Positions 9,832 to 19,400 of a stretch of 64,000 nucleotides of DNA are shown in pieces (the stretch's first letter is position 1; each line of letters starts with the position of its first letter). Source of the stretch: Salinivirgaceae bacterium. Its GTDB lineage: Bacteria; Bacteroidota; Bacteroidia; Bacteroidales; SZUA-534. Position numbers and translations under genes: made by a program. The stretch covers positions 853 to 64,852 of the forward strand of contig JAFZKK010000123.1 in NCBI GenBank assembly GCA_017551905.1, read 5' to 3'. Under the pieces are notes generated by a model that did no database searches, was not told the origin of the DNA, and worked only from the letters and a program-made list of their open reading frames with translations.

Positions 9832-12156
9832 ATGAAGTTGTCGAAAAAATTGATTATGAGCAACTTAGAAGCGAACAATATCTTGAATGGCTATCGGCGT
9901 TTGAAAATCTTTTTCATCTTGCTGGCGGCTATAGTGTTCATGTTGCCGCAAAACGCTTATTCTCAAGAAGAAAATGCTGACAACGAAGACACAATCGACC
10001 TCGTCCAGCATAATATCGACAGTTTGCTTAGCTTAATCACCCCCGAAACGCCAAGTCTAACGAAAGCACAGTATTACAACGAGATAGCCGCAATAACTGG
10101 TAGTATTGACACTGTGGTAAAATACTCTTTCCTCTCGCTTGATTTCTGCAAAAAAACCGATACCGCTTTAATAGCCACCAACTATAGATTCATTGCATGG
10201 GCATACTATATGTTGGACGAAACTAAAACCGGATTGCCGTATGGTGAGAAAAGCACTAACATGTTTGAAAGCATTAAAGACTCGGCTGGTCTGATATACA
10301 ACTACAGGCTAATGGCGAAGATTTACGAGGATTTGAACAAGACTGACAGCATCAAATATTACCTTAACAAGGCTTTGGAGATTAGCATTAAAACGAAAGA
10401 CACGGCAGCAATTACGCAATGCTACAAGTTTTTGGGCATAATGCACTGCAACAAAGGTTTTTACAACGAATCGGTAAATTATTACAAAAAAGGAATAGAA
10501 CTTGACTCGATGATAGGTGACGCGCTGGAGTACGCCTACGGCTACTATCGCATTGGCGAGGTTTATACACTGACACACGACAACATATCCAACACTTACA
10601 AGGCAAAAGACTATCTCACGAAATCAATCAGCATCCAAGATTCCATAAACTCAAAAATTGCATATTACATAAACAATAAATATTTGGCATACAGCTCATT
10701 AGCCGACGTTTATATCAGCCTTGCTCAAAACACCGGCAACAACAAATACGCCGACAGCTGCTATTACTACACAAATAAGACGATTGATTATTTCACTAAG
10801 CAGGGACGCACAAGCAACGCCACCGTCTGCGGCTACACCTATGTGAAATATCTGAAATACTACAAGCGCTACAGCGAAGCTCTGGCTTTTATGAAGAGGT
10901 TGAAGCAGCACTTCGGCGACGAGACAAACCAATATGCGTTTATGGAGTACTACACTTGTCTGAAAGACATTTACATCTGCTTGGGCGATTATAAAAACGC
11001 ATACGAATGTTTCGAGAAAGCGAGCAAATGCCGCGACGAGATTGTGAACGACAGCGTCATGTTCGCGTTGGCCGACGCCAAAACCGACCAGGCCATGATG
11101 ATTGAGCGTATGGACCGCGAGAATGCCGAAAAACTATTTGCCGCCGATAAACGCCGGATGCGTGTGGTCATCATTTCACTCTGGGTTGGATTGGGCTTGG
11201 TTATGGTTGTTGTCGGATTGATAATAAGGGTTTTGATTGTCAAGAAACGCTCCAATGCCGAGCTATTGCAGAAAAACGCGGCCTTAGCCGAACAGAAAGA
11301 GGAAATCCGCGTCCAGCGCGACGAGATTGAGGAGCAGCGCGACACTATAAAGGCGCAAAGCGATGAGATTCAGGCCAGTATCAACTACGCACAACGCATC
11401 CAAAACTCGCTGCTGACACCCGCCGACACCATCGACGCTATCTTCCCCGACCATTTTTTGCTCTACAAGCCACGCAACATTGTGAGCGGCGACTTCTACT
11501 GGGTTGGCCAGTTTGGCGACAACAAAGTGTGCATAGTGGCCGACTGTACCGGTCACGGCGTGCCGGGAGGCTTTATGAGCATGTTGGGAATGACCAACCT
11601 CAACTATATTGTCGGTCAGGAAATTGCTCCCGACGTCATACTGAACAAATTGCGCAACGCTATAATCGCAAACCTGCGTCAAAACAAGTCTGACACCACC
11701 GCGCAAAATGCCGACGAGTTTATCGGTAACAGCCATTACGACTATGTGCTCGACGGCATGGATGTGACGGCCTTTGTGGTGAACGAGCGCCAGATGACGC
11801 TGACCTTTGCCGGCGCCAACAATCCGCTTGTGCTAATCCGCGACAATGCCATTGCTGTGATAGAAGCCGACAGCATGCCCGTTGGCATATCGATGAAGAT
11901 GGAACCGTTCAAATCAGTAACCATGGAGCTGCGCAAAGGCGACTGCCTCTATGCCTATTCCGACGGTTTCCAAGACCAGTTTGAGCACGGCTCGGACCAG
12001 AAATTCAAAAAAAGCCGTCTGCGCCAACTGCTTCTCGAAATCCACCAACAACCGATGCCGGAGCAATTGGATATTCTGAACCGCACATTTGAGGAGTGGC
12101 GCGGCCCAGCCGAAAACCAGACTGACGACGTGGTGATTATGGGGGTTCGTATCTGA
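9832..12156 (+). CDS. TPR-sensor, single-TM SpoIIE/PP2C (RsbU-like) phosphatase, paralogue 1
   Basis: Signal-like N-terminus, TPR-like helical repeats, TM (VVIISLWVGLGLVMVVVGLII), heptad coiled coil; PP2C motifs VSGDFY, ADCTGHG, DGMD, SDGFQDQF, QTDDV. Start codon uncertain. Confidence 0.88.
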   Translation: MKLSKKLIMSNLEANNILNGYRRLKIFFILLAAIVFMLPQNAYSQEENADNEDTIDLVQHNIDSLLSLITPETPSLTKAQYYNEIAAITGSIDTVVKYSFLSLDFCKKTDTALIATNYRFIAWAYYMLDETKTGLPYGEKSTNMFESIKDSAGLIYNYRLMAKIYEDLNKTDSIKYYLNKALEISIKTKDTAAITQCYKFLGIMHCNKGFYNESVNYYKKGIELDSMIGDALEYAYGYYRIGEVYTLTHDNISNTYKAKDYLTKSISIQDSINSKIAYYINNKYLAYSSLADVYISLAQNTGNNKYADSCYYYTNKTIDYFTKQGRTSNATVCGYTYVKYLKYYKRYSEALAFMKRLKQHFGDETNQYAFMEYYTCLKDIYICLGDYKNAYECFEKASKCRDEIVNDSVMFALADAKTDQAMMIERMDRENAEKLFAADKRRMRVVIISLWVGLGLVMVVVGLIIRVLIVKKRSNAELLQKNAALAEQKEEIRVQRDEIEEQRDTIKAQSDEIQASINYAQRIQNSLLTPADTIDAIFPDHFLLYKPRNIVSGDFYWVGQFGDNKVCIVADCTGHGVPGGFMSMLGMTNLNYIVGQEIAPDVILNKLRNAIIANLRQNKSDTTAQNADEFIGNSHYDYVLDGMDVTAFVVNERQMTLTFAGANNPLVLIRDNAIAVIEADSMPVGISMKMEPFKSVTMELRKGDCLYAYSDGFQDQFEHGSDQKFKKSRLRQLLLEIHQQPMPEQLDILNRTFEEWRGPAENQTDDVVIMGVRI

Positions 12157-12210
12157 CTATAATGCAGACACTGACGCTGACGCTAACACTAACACTGACA
12201 CTGACATAAA
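12157..12210 (+). repeat. Hexamer tandem repeat after phosphatase 1
   Basis: CTATAA TGCAGA CACTGA CGCTGA CGCTAA CACTAA CACTGA CACTGA CATAAA. Confidence 0.85.
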
Positions 12211-12312
12211 TCACAAACCATCAACTCTTATTTTGCTATCTCCAATAGTTTTATAACTTTACGTTTCCTTTTCGGGAAAAAACGTTAACAGACAACTTCC
12301 GAAATCGAGTTT

Positions 12313-14661
12313 ATGGGACGCAAAATGTCAGTAAAAATCGTTTTTGCCTTGCTGGCGGCGGCTTCTATGCTGCCGCAAGCGGCTTATTGTCAAGACGAAG
12401 GTCCCGACACTATCGGTTTTGCCGAGCCTGAGCAGCCCAATCACAAACCCGTTGAGATAAAACAACGCCAGCCCGACATTGAAAAGGCAAAGCAATACTG
12501 CGAGTTGGCATCACAATCCGACAATGTCGACACCATAATGAAATACGCGGCACTCTCGCTTGAGTACTGCAAATCGACCGATTCGGCATTGATATCGTCG
12601 GATTACTACGAACTCGGTTACGCCTACTACATGAAAGACGAAGCCCGCGACGCATTGGATTACACATTTAAAGCAATACATGTGTACGACGACTCCACCA
12701 AAAACAAATACGTTGCACAGGCATTTCTTGGCGTGGGGCTTTGCTACGAGGATTTGAACGAGCCCGACAGCATTTTCCTCTATTTCAACAAGGCTCTGCA
12801 AATATACATCACGCTGCGCGACACAGTAGGCGTCGCCGTAACCTACAAAGATTTGGCCGATGTGTATATGCACATGAAAATGTACGCCAACGCCGAAAAC
12901 AACTACCAGAAAGCGTTGCAGTACGCCACCCTTTTAAACGACACGCTTGAAATGGCAAAATTCTACCGATGCGTTGGCCAGCTGCTCTCTAAAAAATCGG
13001 ACACCACAATCAACCGCGCCATCGAGAATCTGAAAAAGTCGATTTACATGTTCGAGTCGAAGAACACCGATATCGAAGATTATATAACCGAGACACACTG
13101 GGCATACACCGACCTTGCCAGAGCATACATCAAAATGGCGAATATGACGGGCAAACGGGCATACGCCGACAGTTGCTATATGTATATCAGCAAGGTGGGC
13201 AACTACAATCTGAAAGTAGGCGATATTTTCAGTTACCTCACCGACCGCTACACTTACATCGACTACCTTGTGTTTTTCCACCGATACGATGAAGCTTTGG
13301 CCAATTTGCTGAAACTTGAGAAATATTTCGACGACGACACCCCCGCCGCCGACTGGAAAACCTATCATTGGCGCCTACACGAAGTGTATCAGTTCCTCGA
13401 AGATTACAAAAACGCGTTAGCCCACTACGAGAAGTTCGACGAATACAAGTCGGCGCAGGTGAACGAGAACACCCTAAACGCAATAAAAAACACCGAGGTG
13501 GAGCGCACACGCATGATTGAAGCGCTAAAACGCGAGAACGAAGCCAAGCTTCATGCCGCCGAACGCCAACGGATGCGTATTGTCAACATCTCGCTTATCG
13601 GCGGACTGGGGCTGTTCCTCCTGCTGATATTTTACATTGCCAGAGTGCTGCAAATCAAGCACAAATCAAACACCGAGCTGGCAAAGAAAAACACACTTTT
13701 GGCCGAAAAGAACGCCATATTAGCCGAGCAGGCCGAGGAGATTCGAGCGCAGAACGACGAGATTATGGAGAAAAATGAGGAGATTATGGCGCAAAACGAT
13801 GAGATTTTGAAACAGAATGAAGAAATTCAAGCGCAGGCCGAAACCATCAAAGAGCAGAGCGAGGAGATTCACGACAGCATCAACTACGCCCGCCGCATCC
13901 AGCGCTCGCTGCTCACACCGTCGAAAACCATCGCAACCATTTTCCCCGATTATTTCATACTCTACAAACCGCGCAATGTGGTCAGCGGCGACTATTACTG
14001 GGTTGGGCAGTTTGGCGACAACAAGGTGAGCATTGTGGCCGACTGCACCGGTCACGGCGTGCCGGGCGGATTTATGAGCGTATTGGGAATGGCAAACCTG
14101 AATTATATTGTTGCACAGGAGATTAGCCCCGACAAGATTCTGAACCACTTGCGCGAAGCCATTATCACAAATCTGCGCCAGCGCCACGATGTCCACACCG
14201 CACTTCACGATGCCGAACACCCCTCAGCGAAAGTCGACACCAACGACCGCAGCCGCGACGGTATGGACATTGCTGTTTATGTGGTGAACGAAAAGATGAT
14301 GAAACTCTCCTACGCCGGCGCCAACAATCCGCTTGTGCTCATCCGCGGTGGCGAGGTGCAAGTGCTGAAGGCCGACCGTATGCCGGTGGGCATCCACGAC
14401 TGCCTCGACCCGTTCCAATGCACCACCATCGACATTCAAAAGGGCGACTGCATCTACACCTTCTCCGACGGTTTCCAAGACCAGTTCAATGCCGAAACGG
14501 GCAAGAAATTTATGAGCCGCCGCCTACGCGATTTGCTGCTCGAAATCCATCAGCAGCCGATGGCCGAACAGAAGAAAATGCTGAACGTTGTCTATGAAGA
14601 GTGGCGCGGCCCAGCCGAAAACCAGACTGACGATGTGGTGATTATGGGTGTTCGTATCTGA
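12313..14661 (+). CDS. TPR-sensor, single-TM SpoIIE/PP2C phosphatase, paralogue 2
   Basis: Same architecture and intact PP2C Asp motifs; longest coiled coil (10 heptads). Confidence 0.9.
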   Translation: MGRKMSVKIVFALLAAASMLPQAAYCQDEGPDTIGFAEPEQPNHKPVEIKQRQPDIEKAKQYCELASQSDNVDTIMKYAALSLEYCKSTDSALISSDYYELGYAYYMKDEARDALDYTFKAIHVYDDSTKNKYVAQAFLGVGLCYEDLNEPDSIFLYFNKALQIYITLRDTVGVAVTYKDLADVYMHMKMYANAENNYQKALQYATLLNDTLEMAKFYRCVGQLLSKKSDTTINRAIENLKKSIYMFESKNTDIEDYITETHWAYTDLARAYIKMANMTGKRAYADSCYMYISKVGNYNLKVGDIFSYLTDRYTYIDYLVFFHRYDEALANLLKLEKYFDDDTPAADWKTYHWRLHEVYQFLEDYKNALAHYEKFDEYKSAQVNENTLNAIKNTEVERTRMIEALKRENEAKLHAAERQRMRIVNISLIGGLGLFLLLIFYIARVLQIKHKSNTELAKKNTLLAEKNAILAEQAEEIRAQNDEIMEKNEEIMAQNDEILKQNEEIQAQAETIKEQSEEIHDSINYARRIQRSLLTPSKTIATIFPDYFILYKPRNVVSGDYYWVGQFGDNKVSIVADCTGHGVPGGFMSVLGMANLNYIVAQEISPDKILNHLREAIITNLRQRHDVHTALHDAEHPSAKVDTNDRSRDGMDIAVYVVNEKMMKLSYAGANNPLVLIRGGEVQVLKADRMPVGIHDCLDPFQCTTIDIQKGDCIYTFSDGFQDQFNAETGKKFMSRRLRDLLLEIHQQPMAEQKKMLNVVYEEWRGPAENQTDDVVIMGVRI

Positions 14662-14741
14662 CGATAACTATAACGCTGACACTAACATTGACACAGACGC
14701 TGACAGAAAACGTAAACTAAAACACTACTTTTGCGCCCAAA
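14662..14741 (+). repeat. Hexamer repeats plus conserved promoter block upstream of paralogue 3
   Basis: CGATAA CTATAA CGCTGA CACTAA CATTGA CACAGA CGCTGA, then CAGAAAACGTAAACTAAAACACTACTTTTGCG, which also precedes paralogue 4. TACTTTTG at 14726-14733. Confidence 0.85.
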
Positions 14742-16976
14742 ATGAGACACGTTATGCGGTTGAAACTTTTATTTGTTTTGCTGGTGACTACGGCTTTGTT
14801 CACACTGCCGCAAAACGCTTATTCTCAAGCATCTGGCACCGACGACTATATCGACCCGCATCAAACTATAATCGACAGCCTGCTTGCGCGAATCAACCCC
14901 GACACTCCCGATAACACCAAGGCAAAGTATTACAGCAAAATAGCATCGGTTGCGGTAATATCGGACACTATACAGAAATACGCCCGTCTGTCGCTCGATT
15001 TATGCAAAAGCACCGACAATCTTCTGCTCGCTCAAAATTATCAGCTTTTAGGTCAGGCATACGACAGAAACGAGGAGTTCAGAAAAGCCCTGCCGTATTA
15101 CCAAAAATCCATTCAGATTTCTTTAAAAATCAACAGTTCGAAGCTTACGGCAAAAACATATCAGATGTTGTCGCTCGTTTATGCCGGTTTAAACAAAATC
15201 GACAGCGCCACATTTTATATGAACCAGGCTCTGGATATAAGCAAAAAGAACAACGACACCACTCTTTTAGTTGACTGTTACCGCTATTTAGGCAATATAT
15301 ATTGTGATATAAAAATGTTCAAAGAAGCGGAGAGTTATTTCAAAAAAGCGTTTGAAATCGATTCGCTTTCGGGAAACAGCCATGAATACGCCTTCGACCT
15401 ATATGAGCTCGCCCAATTGATTGATGGACAAGAAAATTGCTCGACACAGGACTTAATAACCGCTACCGAATATCTTGCAAAAGCGGCCTGCGTTTTTGAA
15501 GCCAGCAATTCTTACACAAAATTCTACGTATATCGCATATTTTCATCGGTTTACATCAAACTGGCACAAAAAACCGGCGAAAAGAAATATGCCGACAGCT
15601 GCTTCTACTATCACCAAAAAGCCGACACCTACTTTATTAAAAACGCGCCGACAAGCGAATTCCGCAGTTTTTACTATGTCTATGTCGATTACATGATTTT
15701 TTATAAGCGATACAGCGAAGCGGAGTTCTTTATGATTAGCCTGGGGAACAGCTTCAACGAAGAAACTTCGCCTTTGGAATATGAAGAGTATCATAGGAAA
15801 TTTAAGGAAGTCTATCTTCTGCTCGGCAACTACGAAAAAGCCTACGAACACTCGGAAAAACAGCGCGAATATGCGTGGAAAAACCTGAACGACAACACAA
15901 TATCAGCCATTGCCGACATCAAAGCCGAGCAAGCTGTTGTTGAGGATAAAATGAAGCGCGAGAAAGCCGAAATTATGCACGCCGCCGAAAAAAAACAGAT
16001 GAAAATAGTCATATTCTCGCTCATCGGCGGTTTGGTTCTGGTTTTGCTGTTGGTGTTCTATATATTCAGGGTGCTGAAAATCAGAAAGAGAGCCAATGCC
16101 GAACTGTCGGAGAAAAACTCGCTTCTGGCCGCACAGAATGAAGAGATTGAAGCGCAACGCGACACCATCAAAGCGCAGAGCGACGAGATACAGGCCAGCA
16201 TCAACTACGCACGCCGCATACAACGCTCAATGCTCCCACCTAACGAGACCATTACGAGCATCTTCCCCGACCATTTTCTGCTCTACAAACCACGCGACAT
16301 TGTCAGCGGCGACTACTACTGGGTTGGCCAGTTTGGCGACAACAAAGTCTGCATTGTGGCCGACTGCACTGGGCATGGCGTGCCTGGCGGATTCTTGAGC
16401 GTAATGGGAATGTCGAACTTGAATTTTATTGTAGGACAGGACGTCGGCCCCGATGCCATTCTGAACCGGCTGCGCGAAACCATAATAACAAATCTGCGCC
16501 AACGCGACGATGCCACCTCTGCCCTCCAAGACGAAAGTAGCTCGGCTACAGCCTTCTACCGCAGTTGCGACGGCATGGACGCTGTGGTTTATATTGTCAA
16601 CGAGCGGCAGATGACGCTCACGTTTGCCGGAGCCAACAATCCGCTTGTGCTCATACGCGGCAACGAAATCCAAGTGCTGAAAGGCGACCGAATGCCTGTG
16701 GGTATCTACGCACGGCTCAATCCGTTCCAAAGCACCTCCGTCGACATTCAAAAAGGCGACTGCATCTACACCTTCTCCGACGGCTTCCAAGACCAGTTCG
16801 AAAACGGAGGTGTCAATAACAAATTCACAGCCCGCCGTCTGCGCCAACTGCTTCTCGAAATCCACCAACAGCCGATGGCTGAACAAAAAGAAATACTAAA
16901 CCGCACATTTGAGGAATGGCGCGGCCCCGCTGAAAACCAGACTGACGATGTTGTGGTTATGGGAGTGAGAATCTAA
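14742..16976 (+). CDS. TPR-sensor, single-TM SpoIIE/PP2C phosphatase, paralogue 3
   Basis: Same architecture; 5 heptads. Start may be the second Met (14754). Confidence 0.9.
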   Translation: MRHVMRLKLLFVLLVTTALFTLPQNAYSQASGTDDYIDPHQTIIDSLLARINPDTPDNTKAKYYSKIASVAVISDTIQKYARLSLDLCKSTDNLLLAQNYQLLGQAYDRNEEFRKALPYYQKSIQISLKINSSKLTAKTYQMLSLVYAGLNKIDSATFYMNQALDISKKNNDTTLLVDCYRYLGNIYCDIKMFKEAESYFKKAFEIDSLSGNSHEYAFDLYELAQLIDGQENCSTQDLITATEYLAKAACVFEASNSYTKFYVYRIFSSVYIKLAQKTGEKKYADSCFYYHQKADTYFIKNAPTSEFRSFYYVYVDYMIFYKRYSEAEFFMISLGNSFNEETSPLEYEEYHRKFKEVYLLLGNYEKAYEHSEKQREYAWKNLNDNTISAIADIKAEQAVVEDKMKREKAEIMHAAEKKQMKIVIFSLIGGLVLVLLLVFYIFRVLKIRKRANAELSEKNSLLAAQNEEIEAQRDTIKAQSDEIQASINYARRIQRSMLPPNETITSIFPDHFLLYKPRDIVSGDYYWVGQFGDNKVCIVADCTGHGVPGGFLSVMGMSNLNFIVGQDVGPDAILNRLRETIITNLRQRDDATSALQDESSSATAFYRSCDGMDAVVYIVNERQMTLTFAGANNPLVLIRGNEIQVLKGDRMPVGIYARLNPFQSTSVDIQKGDCIYTFSDGFQDQFENGGVNNKFTARRLRQLLLEIHQQPMAEQKEILNRTFEEWRGPAENQTDDVVVMGVRI

Positions 16977-17081
16977 CGTAAACGAAAACTAAAAACGCAA
17001 ACACTGACTATAACGATGACGATAACTATAACGCTGACGCTAACAGAAAACGTAAACTAAAACACTACTTTTGCGGCCAAA
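16977..17081 (+). repeat. Hexamer repeats plus conserved promoter block upstream of paralogue 4
   Basis: CACTGA CTATAA CGATGA CGATAA CTATAA CGCTGA CGCTAA, then the same block as before paralogue 3. TACTTTTG at 17066-17073. Confidence 0.85.
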
Positions 17082-19328
17082 ATGAGATACAGAATGAAAT
17101 ACTTTTTTGCGTTACTGATAGCAGTTTTTACGCTGCCGCAATTCGCTTGCTCTCAAGAAGAGAGTGCTGCTAATATGCCGGAAATAGACAGTATTCTGAA
17201 TCTCATTGCCCGACAAACCAACGACGAGGAGATTGCCAAACTCTACAACGACATTGTGCATCTTCCGGGTGCGTCATTCAATACAATGATAAAATATGCG
17301 CTCCTTTCGCTTGAGCACTGTCCGTCCAAAAATATTGAACTCCTTGCCGACAACTACAACCGCATAAGTTATTCCTACATTAATTTAGGCAATCCGGAAA
17401 AATCGCTTGAATACACCCGCCCGCTAATAAAGTTTTACACGATACTTAAAAATAATGACCGTATGGCTATCGCTTATGACCGTATGGCCAACATTTTTTC
17501 ATACTTGAATCAGCCCGACAGTATTTTCCATTATTACAACAAGGCTTTGCAAGTGTATGAGAATAATAACGATACACTGGATGTTGCCGAATGTTACTAC
17601 TGCATTGGTGTAACCAACTTAGGTTTGTCGTTCAACAAAACCGCCGAAGAGTATTTTCGCAAAGCACTTGCTATGGATTCTGCCATCGGCAACGAAATAG
17701 GAATAGCGCGCGATTATATGGGAATAGGAAGCAGTATTTATAATTCAGAAGATATAAAAGAAAGCGAACAAGCTTTACTCTATTTAAAAAAAGCAGCCGA
17801 CGGATTTGAAAAAGCCACTATTGATGAGAACGACATCCAAAATATAATAAACAAATATATGTCGTTCCAATCCTTATCAGAAGCATATATAAAATATGCC
17901 GAAGTGGGTGGTAAGGCGTATGCCGACAGTTGCCGCATATATTTGGACAAGATTGGCAGTTTCTTTGAGGATATAGAATTTGAGGGAATGGTTTGGAAGA
18001 AACAATATGCGCAAGTTAAATATTTGGCATTCAACCAAAAATATGATGAAGCCTTGCGCATAATGCTCGATTTGGAAACCCGCCTCGATAATGGAGAACT
18101 TGACAGAGAAATATCTTATTTTTTCGATGAACTCTACCATTTGTATATCAAAAAAGGCGATTACCAGAATGCTTGCATAGCGCAGCGTAAACACTATGAA
18201 AAACGACTGACCGAGGTGAACGACGACGCGCTGGCAAGTGCTGCAAACGCAAAAACCGAGCAAGCACTGATGTACGAACGCAAAATCACCACCGCCGAAA
18301 AGCAAAAGATGCGCATAGTAATATTCTCGCTTATCGGTGGATTGTTTTTGATTTCGCTTTTGGTATTCTATATTTTTAGAGTGCTGAGTATCAAAAAGAA
18401 AGCCAACGCAGAATTGCTTGAGAAAAACGCCATTCTGATTGAACAAAAAGAGGAAATCAGTGCTCAACGTGACGAGATTGAGGAGCAACGCGATGAAATA
18501 GAGGCTCAGCGCGACCATATCGAGGAGCAAAGCAAGGAGATTCAGTCCAGCATTAACTACGCACGCCGCATACAACGCTCAATGCTCCCTCCCAACGAAA
18601 CCATCACGAGCATCTTTCCCGAGCATTTTCTGCTCTACAAACCGCGCGACATTGTCAGCGGTGATTATTACTGGGTTGGCCAGTTTGGCGACAACAAAAT
18701 CTGCATTGTGGCCGACTGCACAGGCCATGGTGTGCCCGGCGGATTTCTAAGTGTATTGGGAATGTCGAATCTGAATTATATTGTGGGCCAGGATGTGAGC
18801 CCCGATGCCATTCTGAACCGCTTGCGCGAAGCAATAATTTCGAACTTGCGGCAAAGCGACAATTCTCCTTCGGCGCTTCAAGAGGAGGAAGATTCCGCAT
18901 CAGACTTCTTCCGCAGCAGCGATGGCATGGACGCTGTGGTTTATATTGTCAACGAGCGGCAGATGACGCTCACGTTTGCCGGAGCCAACAATTCGCTTGT
19001 GCTCATCCGCGGCGACGAGGTTCAAGTGCTGAAAGGCGACCGCATGCCTGTTGGTATCTACGCACGGCTCAACCCGTTCCAAAGCACCACCATCGACATT
19101 CAAAAAGGCGACTGCATATACACCTTCTCCGATGGTTTCCAAGACCAGTTCGAAGACGGAGGCGTCAATAACAAATTCACGGCCCGCCGTCTGCGACAAC
19201 TGCTTCTCGAAATCCACCAACAGCCGATGGCTGAACAGAAGGAAATCATGAATCGCACATTTGAACAATGGCGCGGTCCTGCTGAAAACCAAACTGACGA
19301 TGTTGTGGTTATGGGAGTTAGGATTTAA
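17082..19328 (+). CDS. TPR-sensor, single-TM SpoIIE/PP2C phosphatase, paralogue 4
   Basis: Same architecture; 7 heptads. Start may be the second Met (17094). Confidence 0.9.
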   Translation: MRYRMKYFFALLIAVFTLPQFACSQEESAANMPEIDSILNLIARQTNDEEIAKLYNDIVHLPGASFNTMIKYALLSLEHCPSKNIELLADNYNRISYSYINLGNPEKSLEYTRPLIKFYTILKNNDRMAIAYDRMANIFSYLNQPDSIFHYYNKALQVYENNNDTLDVAECYYCIGVTNLGLSFNKTAEEYFRKALAMDSAIGNEIGIARDYMGIGSSIYNSEDIKESEQALLYLKKAADGFEKATIDENDIQNIINKYMSFQSLSEAYIKYAEVGGKAYADSCRIYLDKIGSFFEDIEFEGMVWKKQYAQVKYLAFNQKYDEALRIMLDLETRLDNGELDREISYFFDELYHLYIKKGDYQNACIAQRKHYEKRLTEVNDDALASAANAKTEQALMYERKITTAEKQKMRIVIFSLIGGLFLISLLVFYIFRVLSIKKKANAELLEKNAILIEQKEEISAQRDEIEEQRDEIEAQRDHIEEQSKEIQSSINYARRIQRSMLPPNETITSIFPEHFLLYKPRDIVSGDYYWVGQFGDNKICIVADCTGHGVPGGFLSVLGMSNLNYIVGQDVSPDAILNRLREAIISNLRQSDNSPSALQEEEDSASDFFRSSDGMDAVVYIVNERQMTLTFAGANNSLVLIRGDEVQVLKGDRMPVGIYARLNPFQSTTIDIQKGDCIYTFSDGFQDQFEDGGVNNKFTARRLRQLLLEIHQQPMAEQKEIMNRTFEQWRGPAENQTDDVVVMGVRI

Positions 19329-19350
19329 TCCAAACAGAAAACGTAATCGG

Positions 19351-19381
19351 AAATAGAATTGACTTCTATTTTGTAATTTTG
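19351..19381 (+). promoter_or_regulatory. Inverted repeat plus -7 promoter element upstream of paralogue 5
   Basis: AAATAGAA-TTGAC-TTCTATTT immediately followed by TAATTTTG (19374-19381). Confidence 0.5.
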
Positions 19382-19400
19382 TACAAAACGTGTTTATGTT

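Noticed and set aside
14648-14914. 88 aa ORF with a D/N/T/A-rich start
   Set aside because: It is the hexamer spacer read in another frame, overlapping paralogues 2 and 3.
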